Shown: positions 18,166-27,991, numbered from the stretch's first letter. The stretch: DNA of 64,000 nucleotides from Patescibacteria group bacterium (GCA_019752595.1 JAIELV010000001.1:489209-553208), one strand, 5' to 3'. The notes: generated from the sequence alone by a model not told the origin. Numbers and translations: made by a program.

Positions 18166-18216
18166 ACAGGACACTTACCTCTGGAGCAAGTGGGTTTCGA
18201 GTCCCTGACCCGCAGC
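18166..18216 (+). other. degenerate partial duplicate of the tRNA-Gln 3' portion (tRNA fragment / att-scar-like)
   Basis: GGACACTTACCTCTGGAGCAAGTGGGTTTCGAGTCCCTGACCCGCAGC parallels tRNA-Gln from the D-arm onward (GGACACCTCCCTCTGGAGGAGG...TTCGAGTCCAGGTCCCGCAGC). It lacks a 5' acceptor strand and proper anticodon-stem pairing. Confidence 0.4.
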
Positions 18217-18251
18217 TAGCGTCAGTAACGAATTATTAATTCAAATGTTTT

Positions 18252-18734
18252 ATGTTTGAAAACTTTTTTGGCAGTACGGAAATGGCCTTCATGATTGACC
18301 TTGTAATCGCAGTTGTGCTTGGCGTAATCGTAGGCGCTGAACGTGAATCCCGTGGTAAAGACGCGGGGATTAGCACACACACATTTGTTATCGCAGGAGC
18401 AATGCTTTTTACCTTTTTATCGATGACTGTAGACCCAGCTTCAAAATCACGTATAGCAGCACAAATCGTATCTGGAATCGGCTTCCTAGGTGCTGGGCTC
18501 ATACTGAAAGACGGCGCAAGCGTAAAAAATCTGACGACCGCGGCAAGCATCTGGTTTGCGGGCGCAATCGGTATGGCAATAGGTTTTGGTTACCATGCGA
18601 TAGCTATCACCGCAGCTCTTACCTCCGTTCTCATTCCACATATTCCTCATTTAAAACATCGTGTGCCGAAGAAATTTAACCCGAAGAAAGAACCCCAGGA
18701 AGAGGCTTCATCGTACGTAGTCGCCGACGATTAA
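18252..18734 (+). CDS. MgtC/SapB-family membrane protein
   Basis: 160 aa. N-terminal VGAERESRGKDAGISTHTFV matches the MgtC-family signature region. Confidence 0.65.
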   Translation: MFENFFGSTEMAFMIDLVIAVVLGVIVGAERESRGKDAGISTHTFVIAGAMLFTFLSMTVDPASKSRIAAQIVSGIGFLGAGLILKDGASVKNLTTAASIWFAGAIGMAIGFGYHAIAITAALTSVLIPHIPHLKHRVPKKFNPKKEPQEEASSYVVADD

Positions 18735-18805
18735 TTTATCTGGATTTCCACAAGGGGAGCGCGGCCTCATAGAGAACTATTTTTGATGCGACGAAATAGC
18801 CACAT

Positions 18806-19483
18806 CTACACCCCCACCGACTCTAAAAAATCCGCGAGTTCCATATCTTGAACGGGACGGTACGAACCTTCTTTCAATGAACCGAGAGTGATATTTAATA
18901 TACGCACTCGCTTTAGCAAAACGGCGCTGACGCCGAACGCCCCGCACATGCGACGGATTTGGTGCTTTTTCCCTTCAGTGAGAGTGATTGAAAATGCACG
19001 CTTCCCTAGAATTTCTATCTTGCACGGTTTGGTTGTGTAATCACCAATATTTACCCCACGCTCCATTTTCTTTTTAAAATCTTTCGGCAATTCATCAAGC
19101 GTGCTCACTTCGTATTCTTTTTCATGTTCGTTTTTCGGATTCAAGAGTGCATCGGTTATTCTGCCGTCGTCGGTCAAAATAATGAGGCCACAGGAATCTT
19201 TGTCGAGTCTGCCCATAGGGAAGACCCCTTTTAACGGAAGAATGTCTTCTATAGATTCCTCCTCGCCTTGCGGTGAGTGCGTGATAATTCCGCGGGGCTT
19301 GTTGTACGCGAAGTACCGATACGTTTTCAAAGCCCCTGCTACCTCTACCGTATCCCCTTCCGAAACGTCAGAGCCTAAAACAGCCCGCGTACCGTTTATA
19401 GTCACACGACCCGCCTCTACCAGCTTGTCTGCTTCGCGCCGAGAAGCGTATTTGTGTAACGCAAGGTATTTATTGATACGCAT
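18806..19483 (-). CDS. RsuA-family rRNA pseudouridine synthase
   Basis: S4-like N-terminal domain (MRINKYLALHKYASRREADKLVEAGRVTING). Catalytic motif GRLDKDSCGLIILTDDG. KRVRI motif. Confidence 0.75.
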   Translation of the reverse strand: MRINKYLALHKYASRREADKLVEAGRVTINGTRAVLGSDVSEGDTVEVAGALKTYRYFAYNKPRGIITHSPQGEEESIEDILPLKGVFPMGRLDKDSCGLIILTDDGRITDALLNPKNEHEKEYEVSTLDELPKDFKKKMERGVNIGDYTTKPCKIEILGKRAFSITLTEGKKHQIRRMCGAFGVSAVLLKRVRILNITLGSLKEGSYRPVQDMELADFLESVGV

Positions 19484-19524
19484 CGCACCAGATATACCAT
19501 AAAGAGGTAAAATATCTTCACCAC

Positions 19525-19767
19525 ATGTACTTCCTTTATCTTCTTGAATGCGCCGACGGCACGATATACACAGGTATTACGACCGACGTTACGCGCAGGA
19601 TCGAGGAGCATAAAAACGGAATCGGCAGCCGCTACACCCGCTCACGAAAAGTGAAACGCCTTCTGTATACGGAAAGGCAAAAAAACAGAAGCACAGCATC
19701 GAAGCGCGAGGCGGAAGTGAAGAAAATGACGCGAAAAGCAAAACTCGCACTTGCGCGCCCATCATAA
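19525..19767 (+). CDS. GIY-YIG nuclease-superfamily small protein (UPF0213-like)
   Basis: N-terminal YFLYLLECADGTIYTGIT is a canonical GIY-YIG motif. 80 aa. Confidence 0.6.
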   Translation: MYFLYLLECADGTIYTGITTDVTRRIEEHKNGIGSRYTRSRKVKRLLYTERQKNRSTASKREAEVKKMTRKAKLALARPS

Positions 19768-20221
19768 GTGGGACAAAATAACCTTTCGGAGAATACGAAA
19801 AGAAATACTTATGAAAAGAGAAGCAAACGGACCTAGCAGAGACGACTCGAAACCTGAAATACTCAAGAGTTTCAACTCAAGAATACGAAATGCGACTGAG
19901 GACGCAGTTATAGACTGGGTGACTAAATACTTTCTAGACGACAGCAATCTTGCACTTATTAATTTTGATGACAAAAATAAACTTAAAGCCCAAATAAGCG
20001 GTTGGACCACTGGAGTGGTAGAGAGAATCAGACATCAATTAGTCGACTCTGGTTTCCGTGGTAGTGACAGAATAGAACCTTTGATTGGATACTACCTCTA
20101 CGAACACCTTCGTGGATACCCCCGATACACGGAAATACGAGACTTCTTGCCGTTTGGAGTTCGGTCATATGACCCGTCCTTACAAAAGAAAGTTGACGCT
20201 GAAGATAGACCTGCGGCCTAG
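19751..20221 (+). CDS. hypothetical protein
   Basis: ORF only. The likely start is the internal MKREANG. No recognisable motif. Confidence 0.3.
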   Translation: MRAHHKWDKITFRRIRKEILMKREANGPSRDDSKPEILKSFNSRIRNATEDAVIDWVTKYFLDDSNLALINFDDKNKLKAQISGWTTGVVERIRHQLVDSGFRGSDRIEPLIGYYLYEHLRGYPRYTEIRDFLPFGVRSYDPSLQKKVDAEDRPAA

Positions 20222-20350
20222 TTACACATTCGCCTGCTGGCTCAGTACGTCTTCGCTCGCGCTCAGTTGCTGATTGCGGGGGGCTTCGGCTGGCTAGCCT
20301 CAGCACTTCCTCGCTCTCGCTCGGTCGCTTTTTCAATTACTGATTGCGGG
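20222..20350. repeat. two tandem units of a ~45-bp repeat family (CGCCTGCTGGCTCAGTAC..CTCGCTCGGTCGC), each followed by TGATTGCGGGGG; related to the repeats at 15611-15708
   Basis: Direct comparison: TCGCCTGCTGGCTC(A/G)GTAC(G/T)TC(T/C)TC(G/A)CTC is shared with 15620-15660 at ~80% identity. Here it is intergenic, between convergent genes. The ORF-track 20028..20336 minus ORF (MKKRPSESEEV...) is probably a spurious translation of this repeat. Confidence 0.4.
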
Positions 20351-20965
20351 GGCCTTGCCCACGTAGGTCTTGTCAGTCAATTGCTTCACAAGGAAATCCG
20401 CGAAATCTGCGCGCGTAAGGCGAAACCACGTGACGCCATTTCCGAAATACCCTACGCTTACTTTCCCCTTCTTCGGTCTATTTGTCAGAAGCGGAACACG
20501 TACTATCGTCCATTCGAGCCCCGATTCACGAATATCCTGGCCGAGAGTTTTCATATCGGTATATCCGTGATGGATAATGAGACCGACACCGAACGTGAGT
20601 GCCCAAAAAATAAGATTAAAACGGTCGTGCGCGTCAGGGACGGACGGAGTGCCGAGCGCTATCAACCTCTTTACTCCGTTCTTTTTCATCGAACTAATGA
20701 TGAGCTCGTAGGCGGGTGCAAAAATAAGCGTGTCTTGGCGACCCAAGGGGCCGACAACGGAAACAACCGCATCTGAACCTTTAATTGCCTCTTCTACTTT
20801 TTCTGCATTTTCTAAGTCCCCTACCACCAAAGACACTTTCGGATTTTGAATACGCATTTTTTTCGGGTTTCTGACATACGCAACAATCTCATGCCCCGCC
20901 TTCAACGCTTCTTCAACAAATAAATTTCCCACGTGCCCCGTGGCACCAAACACAGTGACTTTCAT
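20333..20965 (-). CDS. NAD(P)H-binding NmrA/atypical-SDR-family protein
   Basis: Rossmann motif MKVTVFGATGHVGNLFV at the probable start (ATG 20965). The ORF-track start at 21007 adds 14 unsupported residues. Confidence 0.6.
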   Translation of the reverse strand: MKVTVFGATGHVGNLFVEEALKAGHEIVAYVRNPKKMRIQNPKVSLVVGDLENAEKVEEAIKGSDAVVSVVGPLGRQDTLIFAPAYELIISSMKKNGVKRLIALGTPSVPDAHDRFNLIFWALTFGVGLIIHHGYTDMKTLGQDIRESGLEWTIVRVPLLTNRPKKGKVSVGYFGNGVTWFRLTRADFADFLVKQLTDKTYVGKAPAISN

Positions 20966-20969
20966 ATTT

Positions 20970-21413
20970 CTATAGACCCAAATTGAATGCGGCAATGACA
21001 GCACCAAGCCAACTGATGCCTGAAACTCCTCCGCTTATAAAAAGTGGAAGCTTCTCTGAAAACGCGAGCGATTTGTACGAGTGATTGACCGCGGTGTGCA
21101 TAAGCTTGCCAATGAAAAATGAATTAATTACCAAGGCAAACACAAAGCCCATTTTGATGAAAAAAGCAGGCACTGTGAACAGATACTCGGAAAGCGGGAC
21201 TGCCATGCTTGCTCCTGAGATAATCATGACAGCGAGACCCGCAAGCGTCAGATAATGCACCGTTTTGATGGTTTTTCCATTCAGCTTCTCTTTGTGCCCT
21301 AAGACCCAAGAAAGAGCCTGGTGGTCAGCGTAGAGCACCAAGAGAGCCACCAGGCCAAGTGTGCCTAAGTGGATATACAGAATCGGGAATGAAAAACCTA
21401 ACAGCTCAATCAT
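20970..21413 (-). CDS. hypothetical membrane protein (4 TM)
   Basis: Hydrophobic profile only. Confidence 0.4.
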   Translation of the reverse strand: MIELLGFSFPILYIHLGTLGLVALLVLYADHQALSWVLGHKEKLNGKTIKTVHYLTLAGLAVMIISGASMAVPLSEYLFTVPAFFIKMGFVFALVINSFFIGKLMHTAVNHSYKSLAFSEKLPLFISGGVSGISWLGAVIAAFNLGL

Positions 21414-21446
21414 TCTTCAAGTATACCCTCCTGCTACACTAATTTC

Positions 21447-21791
21447 ATGCCCCAAAATTCAGATTTTAAAGACTACATCCTCGGTGATATCTTGGGAACT
21501 TTGAACGGAGTTACTGCGCGTTCTATGTTTGGCGGGTATGGACTTTACAAAGACGGAATTATTTTCGGGATCATTGCAGAAGACGAACTCTACCTCAAGG
21601 TCGATGACACAAACCAGAAGGAGTACGAATCATTCGGCTCGCATCCGTTTGTGTACGAACGAGGAAATCACGCAAAAACCACCATGTCGTATTGGATAAT
21701 CCCTGAAACTATTTTGGAAGATCGTGAACGAATTGAAGAGCTCGTCATGAACTCATTCAGCATTAACAAAAAGAAGAAGCGCCGAAATTAA
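21447..21791 (+). CDS. TfoX/Sxy N-terminal-domain protein (competence-regulator-like)
   Basis: ARSMFGGYGLYKDGIIFGIIAEDELYLKVDD matches the TfoX_N domain core. Confidence 0.55.
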   Translation: MPQNSDFKDYILGDILGTLNGVTARSMFGGYGLYKDGIIFGIIAEDELYLKVDDTNQKEYESFGSHPFVYERGNHAKTTMSYWIIPETILEDRERIEELVMNSFSINKKKKRRN

Positions 21792-22852
21792 TCGAGAACT
21801 TTCGCAAGAGAGTGCGGATTATTTTCTTTCACGCTCCTCCCTGAAACAAGTTGGAACTCTACCCTATCGCTAAACTCCTCGAGATTTTTTGCTCCTACGT
21901 ACCCCATAGACACCTGTAGGCCACCCGCGAGTGTGTTCACTACGTCTTCGAGCGTTCCTGCGTACGGCACGAGCGCAGAGACCCCCTCAGGAACGATGCG
22001 TTTTGATTTACCCAGATAACGGTCATTTGCCTGCCCTTCTTTCAAAACCGCACGACTTCCCATACCGCGATACTCTTTAAATTTCTTTCCCCCAATTTTC
22101 ACGATTTTCCCTGGTGCAGCATCCGTTCCTGCAAACAAATTTCCAAGCATCGCAACCGATGCGCCAGCGCCGAGTGCTTTTGCGATATCGCCCGAATTTC
22201 TCATACCGCCGTCTGCGATAACGGGCACGCCTGCTTTTTTAGCAATCGGTATAACTTCAAGTAAGGCAGAGAGCTGAGGGACGCCGACGCCAGAGACGAT
22301 GCGCGTTGTGCAAATAGAACCAGGACCGATACCCACCTTAATGCCGTCAGCAAATTGCACCAATTCTTCTGCCGCTTCTGCGGTTGCAATGTTACCTACC
22401 AACACTGGTACTTTTCCTGCTAATTCTTTAATTTTCTTTGCTCCGTTGATGACGTTCAAATTGTGTCCGTGCGCAGAATCAATCGCCAAAACATCCGCAC
22501 CTGCTTCAATCAACATTTTTGCGCGCTCCGCATCAAACGGACTGCATGCAGCACCTACTTTTACTCCTGCCTTCTTCGCTTTCTTCACCATAGCCGCTTC
22601 TTCTTTTGCGGTTTGATTACGGTGGATGATGGCAAGACCTCCCATTTTGCCGAGCGCTATTGCCATTTTGTCGTCTGAAACCTTGTCCATTGCTGCGGAA
22701 ATGAGCGGGATATCAAGCGAAAAACCCTTCGCAAGGGTAGTGGTGAGTACTGCCTCGCGTGGCTCCATGGAGCTTGCACGCGGACGAATTAATACATCGT
22801 CAAAGGTGTAGGAGATGCCGTTTCGTATCGTTCCCATGCTCAATGGTAACAC
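21788..22852 (-). CDS. IMP dehydrogenase / GMP reductase-family enzyme (no CBS pair)
   Basis: TIM-barrel IMPDH-family catalytic loop [11 protein letters not shown]. Phosphate-binding GGxxxxGD-like segments. 354 aa without the CBS subdomain. Confidence 0.8.
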   Translation of the reverse strand: MLPLSMGTIRNGISYTFDDVLIRPRASSMEPREAVLTTTLAKGFSLDIPLISAAMDKVSDDKMAIALGKMGGLAIIHRNQTAKEEAAMVKKAKKAGVKVGAACSPFDAERAKMLIEAGADVLAIDSAHGHNLNVINGAKKIKELAGKVPVLVGNIATAEAAEELVQFADGIKVGIGPGSICTTRIVSGVGVPQLSALLEVIPIAKKAGVPVIADGGMRNSGDIAKALGAGASVAMLGNLFAGTDAAPGKIVKIGGKKFKEYRGMGSRAVLKEGQANDRYLGKSKRIVPEGVSALVPYAGTLEDVVNTLAGGLQVSMGYVGAKNLEEFSDRVEFQLVSGRSVKENNPHSLAKVLD

Positions 22853-22881
22853 GGAGCATGAAGTGAAATCAACAGGTATTT

Positions 22882-23685
22882 TTAACGAACAAAAAAGGTA
22901 GCGCGGGCGGTGACCATCACCTCTTTTTCAATAGACTGCGTATCGTACGAGCCGTAATCAGTTACTTCGACAGAGTTGGGAGAAAGAACTTGCACGACAC
23001 CTGAAGACGCCGCCTTCAAGGAACCCACATTTTGTCCACCCGCTTTTGCAATCTGCTCTGCGCGCGCTTTTGCGTCCCTTATCGCATCCCCTAAGAGTGA
23101 CACGCGAAGCTCAGGAAGATTCGAGACAAAATATTCAATGTTGTTCCACTGAACGAACACACCTTTCGATGAAAGTTCATTAATACGTTTTGAGAGCACA
23201 TCTATCCCCTGCACATCGTTTGATTGCACAGTGATTTCCTGACGGAGGTTATATTCGCGCGGACCAGTGTCATTTTGATTATATTTGTAGACCTCCTCGG
23301 TATAGACCTGAGAAACCGTAATTGCGTCAGCAGGAATGCCGTTTGATTTCAAAAATGCGGTTGTGGCTTCAACGTCCTGCGCCAAAAGCGGGTAGCCTGC
23401 CTGAAGATTTGATGCGAGTGCAGTTTGTGCGAGTGAAATTTTCCACTTCACCGTATCTGAAGTAACAGGAACTTTTGCAGAGCCAGTGACCGAAAGCACG
23501 TTATCCATTGCATGTACCGCGTAGAACACGTACGAGCCTAATGCTGCGGCAATGATAAGGGAAGCCCCCACAATGAGCGGTACATAGGGAGGAATACTGA
23601 TATCAAGTTTTGTGTGACCCGAAGGTACTAGGTTATCCATACTTTTATATTTTAACACAAACACTACTACACCCACCGCTCTCAA
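22882..23685 (-). CDS. SIMPL-domain (DUF541) protein, membrane-anchored
   Basis: N-terminal TM helix, then a SIMPL-like region (...ITVQSNDVQGIDVLSKRINEL...ARAEQIAKAGG). The likely start is MDNLVPSG. Confidence 0.55.
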   Translation of the reverse strand: MRAVGVVVFVLKYKSMDNLVPSGHTKLDISIPPYVPLIVGASLIIAAALGSYVFYAVHAMDNVLSVTGSAKVPVTSDTVKWKISLAQTALASNLQAGYPLLAQDVEATTAFLKSNGIPADAITVSQVYTEEVYKYNQNDTGPREYNLRQEITVQSNDVQGIDVLSKRINELSSKGVFVQWNNIEYFVSNLPELRVSLLGDAIRDAKARAEQIAKAGGQNVGSLKAASSGVVQVLSPNSVEVTDYGSYDTQSIEKEVMVTARATFFVR

Positions 23686-23718
23686 TGACTGATATGATAT
23701 ATCATATCAGTCATTGAG
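23680..23718. promoter_or_regulatory. 38-bp perfect palindrome CTCAATGACTGATATGATAT|ATCATATCAGTCATTGAG
   Basis: Read directly. It lies between the 3' end of the EEP-family gene and the 5' end of the SIMPL gene. It could be an operator or a terminator. Confidence 0.4.
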
Positions 23719-23744
23719 TAGGTCGAAGGGGGCGAAGATTGAAA

Positions 23745-24467
23745 TCAGATCTTTGAGATGGTGGCCAAAACAGCTGCGTGATCAGAAACACCAAACCTCA
23801 ACTCGACGTCTGAAGCGGTGTAGGCAGGGGTTGTAAAGCAACCATCAACCATGAGAGTTAATTTCCCTGCGCGGTGAAGGTTCTCATCTAAAGATGTTTC
23901 GTACTGTGCGGGAATATTGTCTTTTAGTTTTTCGGCAAACATTGAGAAAATTTCTTTTCCACGTGGAGCATTAAAATCACCAAAAAGCACCATCTCCCCT
24001 TCTCGCTCAATTATTTCCAAAAGCGCTTTTGCACACACCCGCTGGATGTTGTCCGCTTCTCCATCAGGTGTCCACGGAAAATGCGTGAAGCCAATTTTAT
24101 AGGTTGCTTGATCTTTATTTGCCTCAACAACAACCAAGAAATTCTTGCACGTTTGTAAACGCTCTTCACTAGTACCTTCTATGAAATCAGTTATTTCACC
24201 TAAAGGGCCAGAATATTGTTCGTCACGACAAACGACAGGTACCCGAGAAAAAACCCCATGCCCCATCGGGATCTTACCGTAGGGGCGGCTAAAACGCATC
24301 ATGGGCACAAAGAAACAATCTTCTTGCAATGCTTCTTCAAGCTTCGGCACATCGGTCGCCAAAAGTTCGTTTACTAAAAGCACATCCCATTGCTCGGCTT
24401 TCAAAAACTGAAGCACCCTATCAAAGTGCTTGTCGTACTCAATGTTGACTGAAATGACGCGAAGCAC
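23745..24467 (-). CDS. endonuclease/exonuclease/phosphatase (EEP)-family protein
   Basis: Conserved EEP blocks (VISVNIEY..., LFGDFNA, GVSDHAAV). Confidence 0.6.
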   Translation of the reverse strand: MLRVISVNIEYDKHFDRVLQFLKAEQWDVLLVNELLATDVPKLEEALQEDCFFVPMMRFSRPYGKIPMGHGVFSRVPVVCRDEQYSGPLGEITDFIEGTSEERLQTCKNFLVVVEANKDQATYKIGFTHFPWTPDGEADNIQRVCAKALLEIIEREGEMVLFGDFNAPRGKEIFSMFAEKLKDNIPAQYETSLDENLHRAGKLTLMVDGCFTTPAYTASDVELRFGVSDHAAVLATISKI

Positions 24468-24473
24468 AAGATT

Positions 24474-26186
24474 TTATTTTTGCGACGCTGCTTTTATGAA
24501 TGCAGAAAACAACGGGTGCGGTGAAAGCGGTTTTGCCTGAAGCTCGGGGTGAAACTGTGTGCCAAGCATGAACGGATGCGCCGACTTGGGAAGCTCAGCA
24601 ATTTCCATCAGCACTCCTGACGGTGATTGACCTGAAAATACGACACCTGCGTCTTCGAACGCTTTAATATACTCTGGGTTCACTTCATAGCGGTGACGAT
24701 GACGCTCCTCCACGGTATCCGCCTTATACGCATCGCGTGCGATCGTGCCTTTAGAAATTTTCGCAGGGTACGCACCCAGACGCATGGTTCCACCATACCG
24801 GTCCTCCTTCAGAATTTTTTTCTGTTCAGGCATGACCAAAACCACAGGATGCTTCGTGTGCGGATCAATCTCCGTGGTGTGAGCGCCGAAAAGTCCTAAT
24901 ACATTTCGCGCATATTCAACGAGCATAAGTTGCATGCCGTAGCACAGACCGAAGTACGGAATCTTATTCTCACGAGCGTACTGAATAACCTTTATCTTGC
25001 CTTCAATACCTGTCTCGCCGAAACCTCCAGGAACGATAATGCCGTCGTATTTTGCTAAGGTCGGAAGGGATGCCTTGCCGTTTTGGAAGTCTTTCGAATT
25101 AAGCCACGTGATTTTTGGTTTCACGCCCTGCGTATAACTGGAATATTTGATTGCCTCAATAACTGAAAGGTAGGCGTCGGAGAGCATGAAATCCCCCGTA
25201 TCGAAATATTTACCGACAATCGCTATGTTTACTTCTTTTTGCGCTGAGTGAATTTTATTCACAAACGCACGCCATTCTGAAAGATTTGATTTCTTACGAG
25301 GCTTCAGTTTCATTTCTTTCAACAAGAGATCGCCAAGACCGTCTTTTTCAAAATTGAGCGGAACTTCGTAAATGTTACTGACGTCGGGCGCCGAAATAAT
25401 GTGATCTTTGCGGACATTGCATGAAATGGAAAGTTTTTCTTTTCGTTTCTCATCCAAAGACGAGAACGCGCGCGCAATGAGGAAGTCTGGTTGCACACCG
25501 TAGCTGTTCAAATCGCGCACCGCAGTCTGCGTTGGTTTTGTTTTCATCTCTCCTATCGTTCCAGGAACGGGAAGATATGACACCATAACAAAAAGCACAT
25601 CATCTGGATGTTGCATCTTCAAAACGCGCGCGGCGTCGATATACAAAGCATTTTGGAAATCTCCCACCGTTCCCCCAATTTCAATAACTGAAATATCAGA
25701 ACCGTTGTGATGCGCTGCTGCTTTAATGCGCTCAACAATTTCGTCGCGTACATGCGGAACTGCCTCTACACATCTGCCTCCGTACTCAAGCGCGCGTTCA
25801 CGTTCAATAACCGTGCGATACACCATACCTGATGTCATGTAATCGGCATTGGTGAGATCGCGACCCAGAAAGCGTTCATAATTCCCCATGTCTTGATCAG
25901 TCTCAAGACCCGAACGCAACACAAACACCTCACCGTGTTCTGTAGGATTCATCGTTCCTGCATCAACGTTCAAGTATGGATCGACTTTCACCAAATTCAA
26001 ATGAAATCCGCGCGATTCAAGAATTGTGCCAATTGAAGAAGTGGCGATGCCTTTTCCAACACCGCTCATCACTCCGCCGATAACGAAGATGTATTTATGC
26101 GCCCCCGACCGTCTGCGGTTAGGGAAAATGGTATGACTAGAGGGTCGAGTGGCATGCTTTATTTTTTTCTGTAAAGCACGCTTCAT
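24474..26186 (-). CDS. pyrG: CTP synthase
   Basis: N-terminal synthetase domain (KYIFVIGGVMSGVGKGIATSS) and C-terminal glutamine amidotransferase domain (GLCYGMQL, catalytic Cys). The true start is probably ~30 codons downstream of the ORF-track start, immediately before HKYIFVIGG. Confidence 0.85.
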   Translation of the reverse strand: MKRALQKKIKHATRPSSHTIFPNRRRSGAHKYIFVIGGVMSGVGKGIATSSIGTILESRGFHLNLVKVDPYLNVDAGTMNPTEHGEVFVLRSGLETDQDMGNYERFLGRDLTNADYMTSGMVYRTVIERERALEYGGRCVEAVPHVRDEIVERIKAAAHHNGSDISVIEIGGTVGDFQNALYIDAARVLKMQHPDDVLFVMVSYLPVPGTIGEMKTKPTQTAVRDLNSYGVQPDFLIARAFSSLDEKRKEKLSISCNVRKDHIISAPDVSNIYEVPLNFEKDGLGDLLLKEMKLKPRKKSNLSEWRAFVNKIHSAQKEVNIAIVGKYFDTGDFMLSDAYLSVIEAIKYSSYTQGVKPKITWLNSKDFQNGKASLPTLAKYDGIIVPGGFGETGIEGKIKVIQYARENKIPYFGLCYGMQLMLVEYARNVLGLFGAHTTEIDPHTKHPVVLVMPEQKKILKEDRYGGTMRLGAYPAKISKGTIARDAYKADTVEERHRHRYEVNPEYIKAFEDAGVVFSGQSPSGVLMEIAELPKSAHPFMLGTQFHPELQAKPLSPHPLFSAFIKAASQK

Positions 26187-26237
26187 ATCAGGCTATCCTA
26201 GCACGAGCGAAAAAATCTTCAAACGGGGGCTCCCTGC

Positions 26238-27158
26238 CTATACAGAAAGGTATTTCCTAACCGCGAGGAACGAAGAAATTGCGCCTAAAATGGCCCCGAC
26301 GCCCACCAAAACGACCAAGAAAAGGAAGAAGTGTGAGAGGTAATAGGCAAAGATATCAGAGCCGAACAGTGACGTTGCTGAACCTCTCACAATCCACGCT
26401 AGAGGGAAGAATACGATAAGCGCCACAATGCCCGAGACCATACCATAAAGCGTACCTTCAACAACGAACGGGCCACGGATGTACATGTTGGAAGCACCTA
26501 CGAGTCTCATAACAGCAATTTCTTCGCGCGCAGTGTAAATCGCAAGCCGAATGGTATTGAATGTAATTAAAATAGAGGCGATTGCAAAGACAAGTATCGT
26601 CGCAAGACCAAAACGAGATATATATGCGGTAAGGTTTTCAAGCTGTTCAATCACGAGCTTATTCTGTGCGTAGTTTACTGAATCAATGAACGGCTTCCCT
26701 TCCGCGTCTGTTGTTCTGCTCTCCAGGAATTTCGCAATACCTTCGTATTCAGACGGTTCTTTTGCTTTGACCGAGAGTGACGCACCAAAGGGATTGTCAC
26801 CAAGCTCGTCTAATCCTTGGAGCATACGCTGATCATCTTCGTGGCGCGCACGGAAATCAGCAATTGCATCTTCGCGTGAAGTGTAAGTTACAAACTTCAC
26901 TTCAGGAATGCGCTCAAGCTCTGTTTTCAGTTGCAAAATGGATGGCTCAGATACTGCAGTGACGAAATAGACATTTACGTCGACTTTGTCTTTTATATAC
27001 GCAACGAAGTCGCTCACCAGTGCGTTAACGAACATGAGTGAACCAACGATAACTAATGTCATCGTCATCACAAAAATTGATGCGAGCGATACAAAACTGT
27101 TGCGGAATACGTTCACCATTCCCGCGCGTACTATTCTTCGTATGTTAGTCCACAGCAT
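26238..27158 (-). CDS. ftsX: cell-division ABC transporter permease FtsX
   Basis: 306 aa. N-terminal TM helix, large periplasmic loop and three C-terminal TM helices. Immediately downstream of ftsE. Confidence 0.75.
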   Translation of the reverse strand: MLWTNIRRIVRAGMVNVFRNSFVSLASIFVMTMTLVIVGSLMFVNALVSDFVAYIKDKVDVNVYFVTAVSEPSILQLKTELERIPEVKFVTYTSREDAIADFRARHEDDQRMLQGLDELGDNPFGASLSVKAKEPSEYEGIAKFLESRTTDAEGKPFIDSVNYAQNKLVIEQLENLTAYISRFGLATILVFAIASILITFNTIRLAIYTAREEIAVMRLVGASNMYIRGPFVVEGTLYGMVSGIVALIVFFPLAWIVRGSATSLFGSDIFAYYLSHFFLFLVVLVGVGAILGAISSFLAVRKYLSV

Positions 27159-27202
27159 GGTTAGTTTTTGTTAGCGAATCCGATGAGCTTAGAAAAAATT
27201 CC

Positions 27203-27249
27203 ACCCCGCCCTCTAAGGAGCTCTTACCTCTCAGCATAGAGGGCGGGGT
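27203..27249 (-). repeat. conserved GC-rich hairpin element ACCCCGCCCTCTA-N20-TAGAGGGCGGGGT, copy 1 (ftsE-ftsX spacer)
   Basis: 13-bp perfect stem. The same stem recurs at 49982-50029 and 51172-51218 in the same orientation. It is followed in transcript sense by a conserved AAACACTAACC-type leader before the ftsX ATG. Confidence 0.5.
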
Positions 27250-27281
27250 TATTGAAATTATAGTCGCTCTGCTCGTTAATT

Positions 27282-27986
27282 TCATATAACGTACCTGCCT
27301 TCTTTATCGTCACGCACAATGCGACCGTTGTCCATGGTGATGACGCGCTTCCCCAAAGAATCTATCACCCCTTTATTATGAGAGGTCAAAATAACAGTCG
27401 TGCCAAGCTCGTTGATGCGCTTCAGAATCTCTACTACTTGATAGGTATTGATGGGATCAAGGTTTCCAGTAGGTTCGTCAGCAAGCAAGACATCGGGCTG
27501 GTTTACGATGGCGCGGCCAATCGCAACGCGCTGACGTTCTCCGCCTGAAAGCTCTGAAGGAAAGTTCCACGCTTTATCGGCCAAATCGACAAGATCCAAG
27601 ACGTGCGGAACATCAGCAGCTATTTCGTCATCTGTTCTTCCTGAGGCCTCCATTGCAAACGCAATGTTTTCGTACGCAGTTTTATTCGGAATAAGACGGA
27701 AATCCTGAAATACCGTTCCTATCTTTCTTCGAAGCTTATGTAGTTGGCTTTTTGGTATTTTCGTGACATCCGTTGATTCAAAAAAGACCACGCCTGAGGT
27801 CGGAGTATCTTCCGCAAGCACCATCTTTAAAAGCGTGGTTTTCCCTGCCCCTGCATGCCCGACAATAGAAACGAATTCTTTCGGACCGACGGAGAGTGTC
27901 ACGTCGTCCAGCGCAACCGAACCGCCTGTCGGTTGATTCCCTGAGGATTGTCCGTAAATTTTTGAAACGCGGTCAAAGTAAATCAT
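27282..27986 (-). CDS. ftsE: cell-division ATP-binding protein FtsE
   Basis: ABC ATPase with Walker A GHAGAGKTT, signature LSGGERQR and Walker B LLADEPTGNLD. Confidence 0.85.
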   Translation of the reverse strand: MIYFDRVSKIYGQSSGNQPTGGSVALDDVTLSVGPKEFVSIVGHAGAGKTTLLKMVLAEDTPTSGVVFFESTDVTKIPKSQLHKLRRKIGTVFQDFRLIPNKTAYENIAFAMEASGRTDDEIAADVPHVLDLVDLADKAWNFPSELSGGERQRVAIGRAIVNQPDVLLADEPTGNLDPINTYQVVEILKRINELGTTVILTSHNKGVIDSLGKRVITMDNGRIVRDDKEGRYVI

Positions 27987-27991
27987 TCTCC

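Noticed and set aside
20028-20336. Minus-strand ORF MKKRPSESEEV...
   Set aside because: It lies entirely over the ~45-bp repeat units and the 3' UTR of the NmrA-like gene. Its similarity to the redoxin N-terminus comes from the shared DNA repeat, not from a protein family.
26149-26343. Small plus-strand ORF across the pyrG/ftsX junction
   Set aside because: Antisense overlap with two well-supported minus-strand genes.
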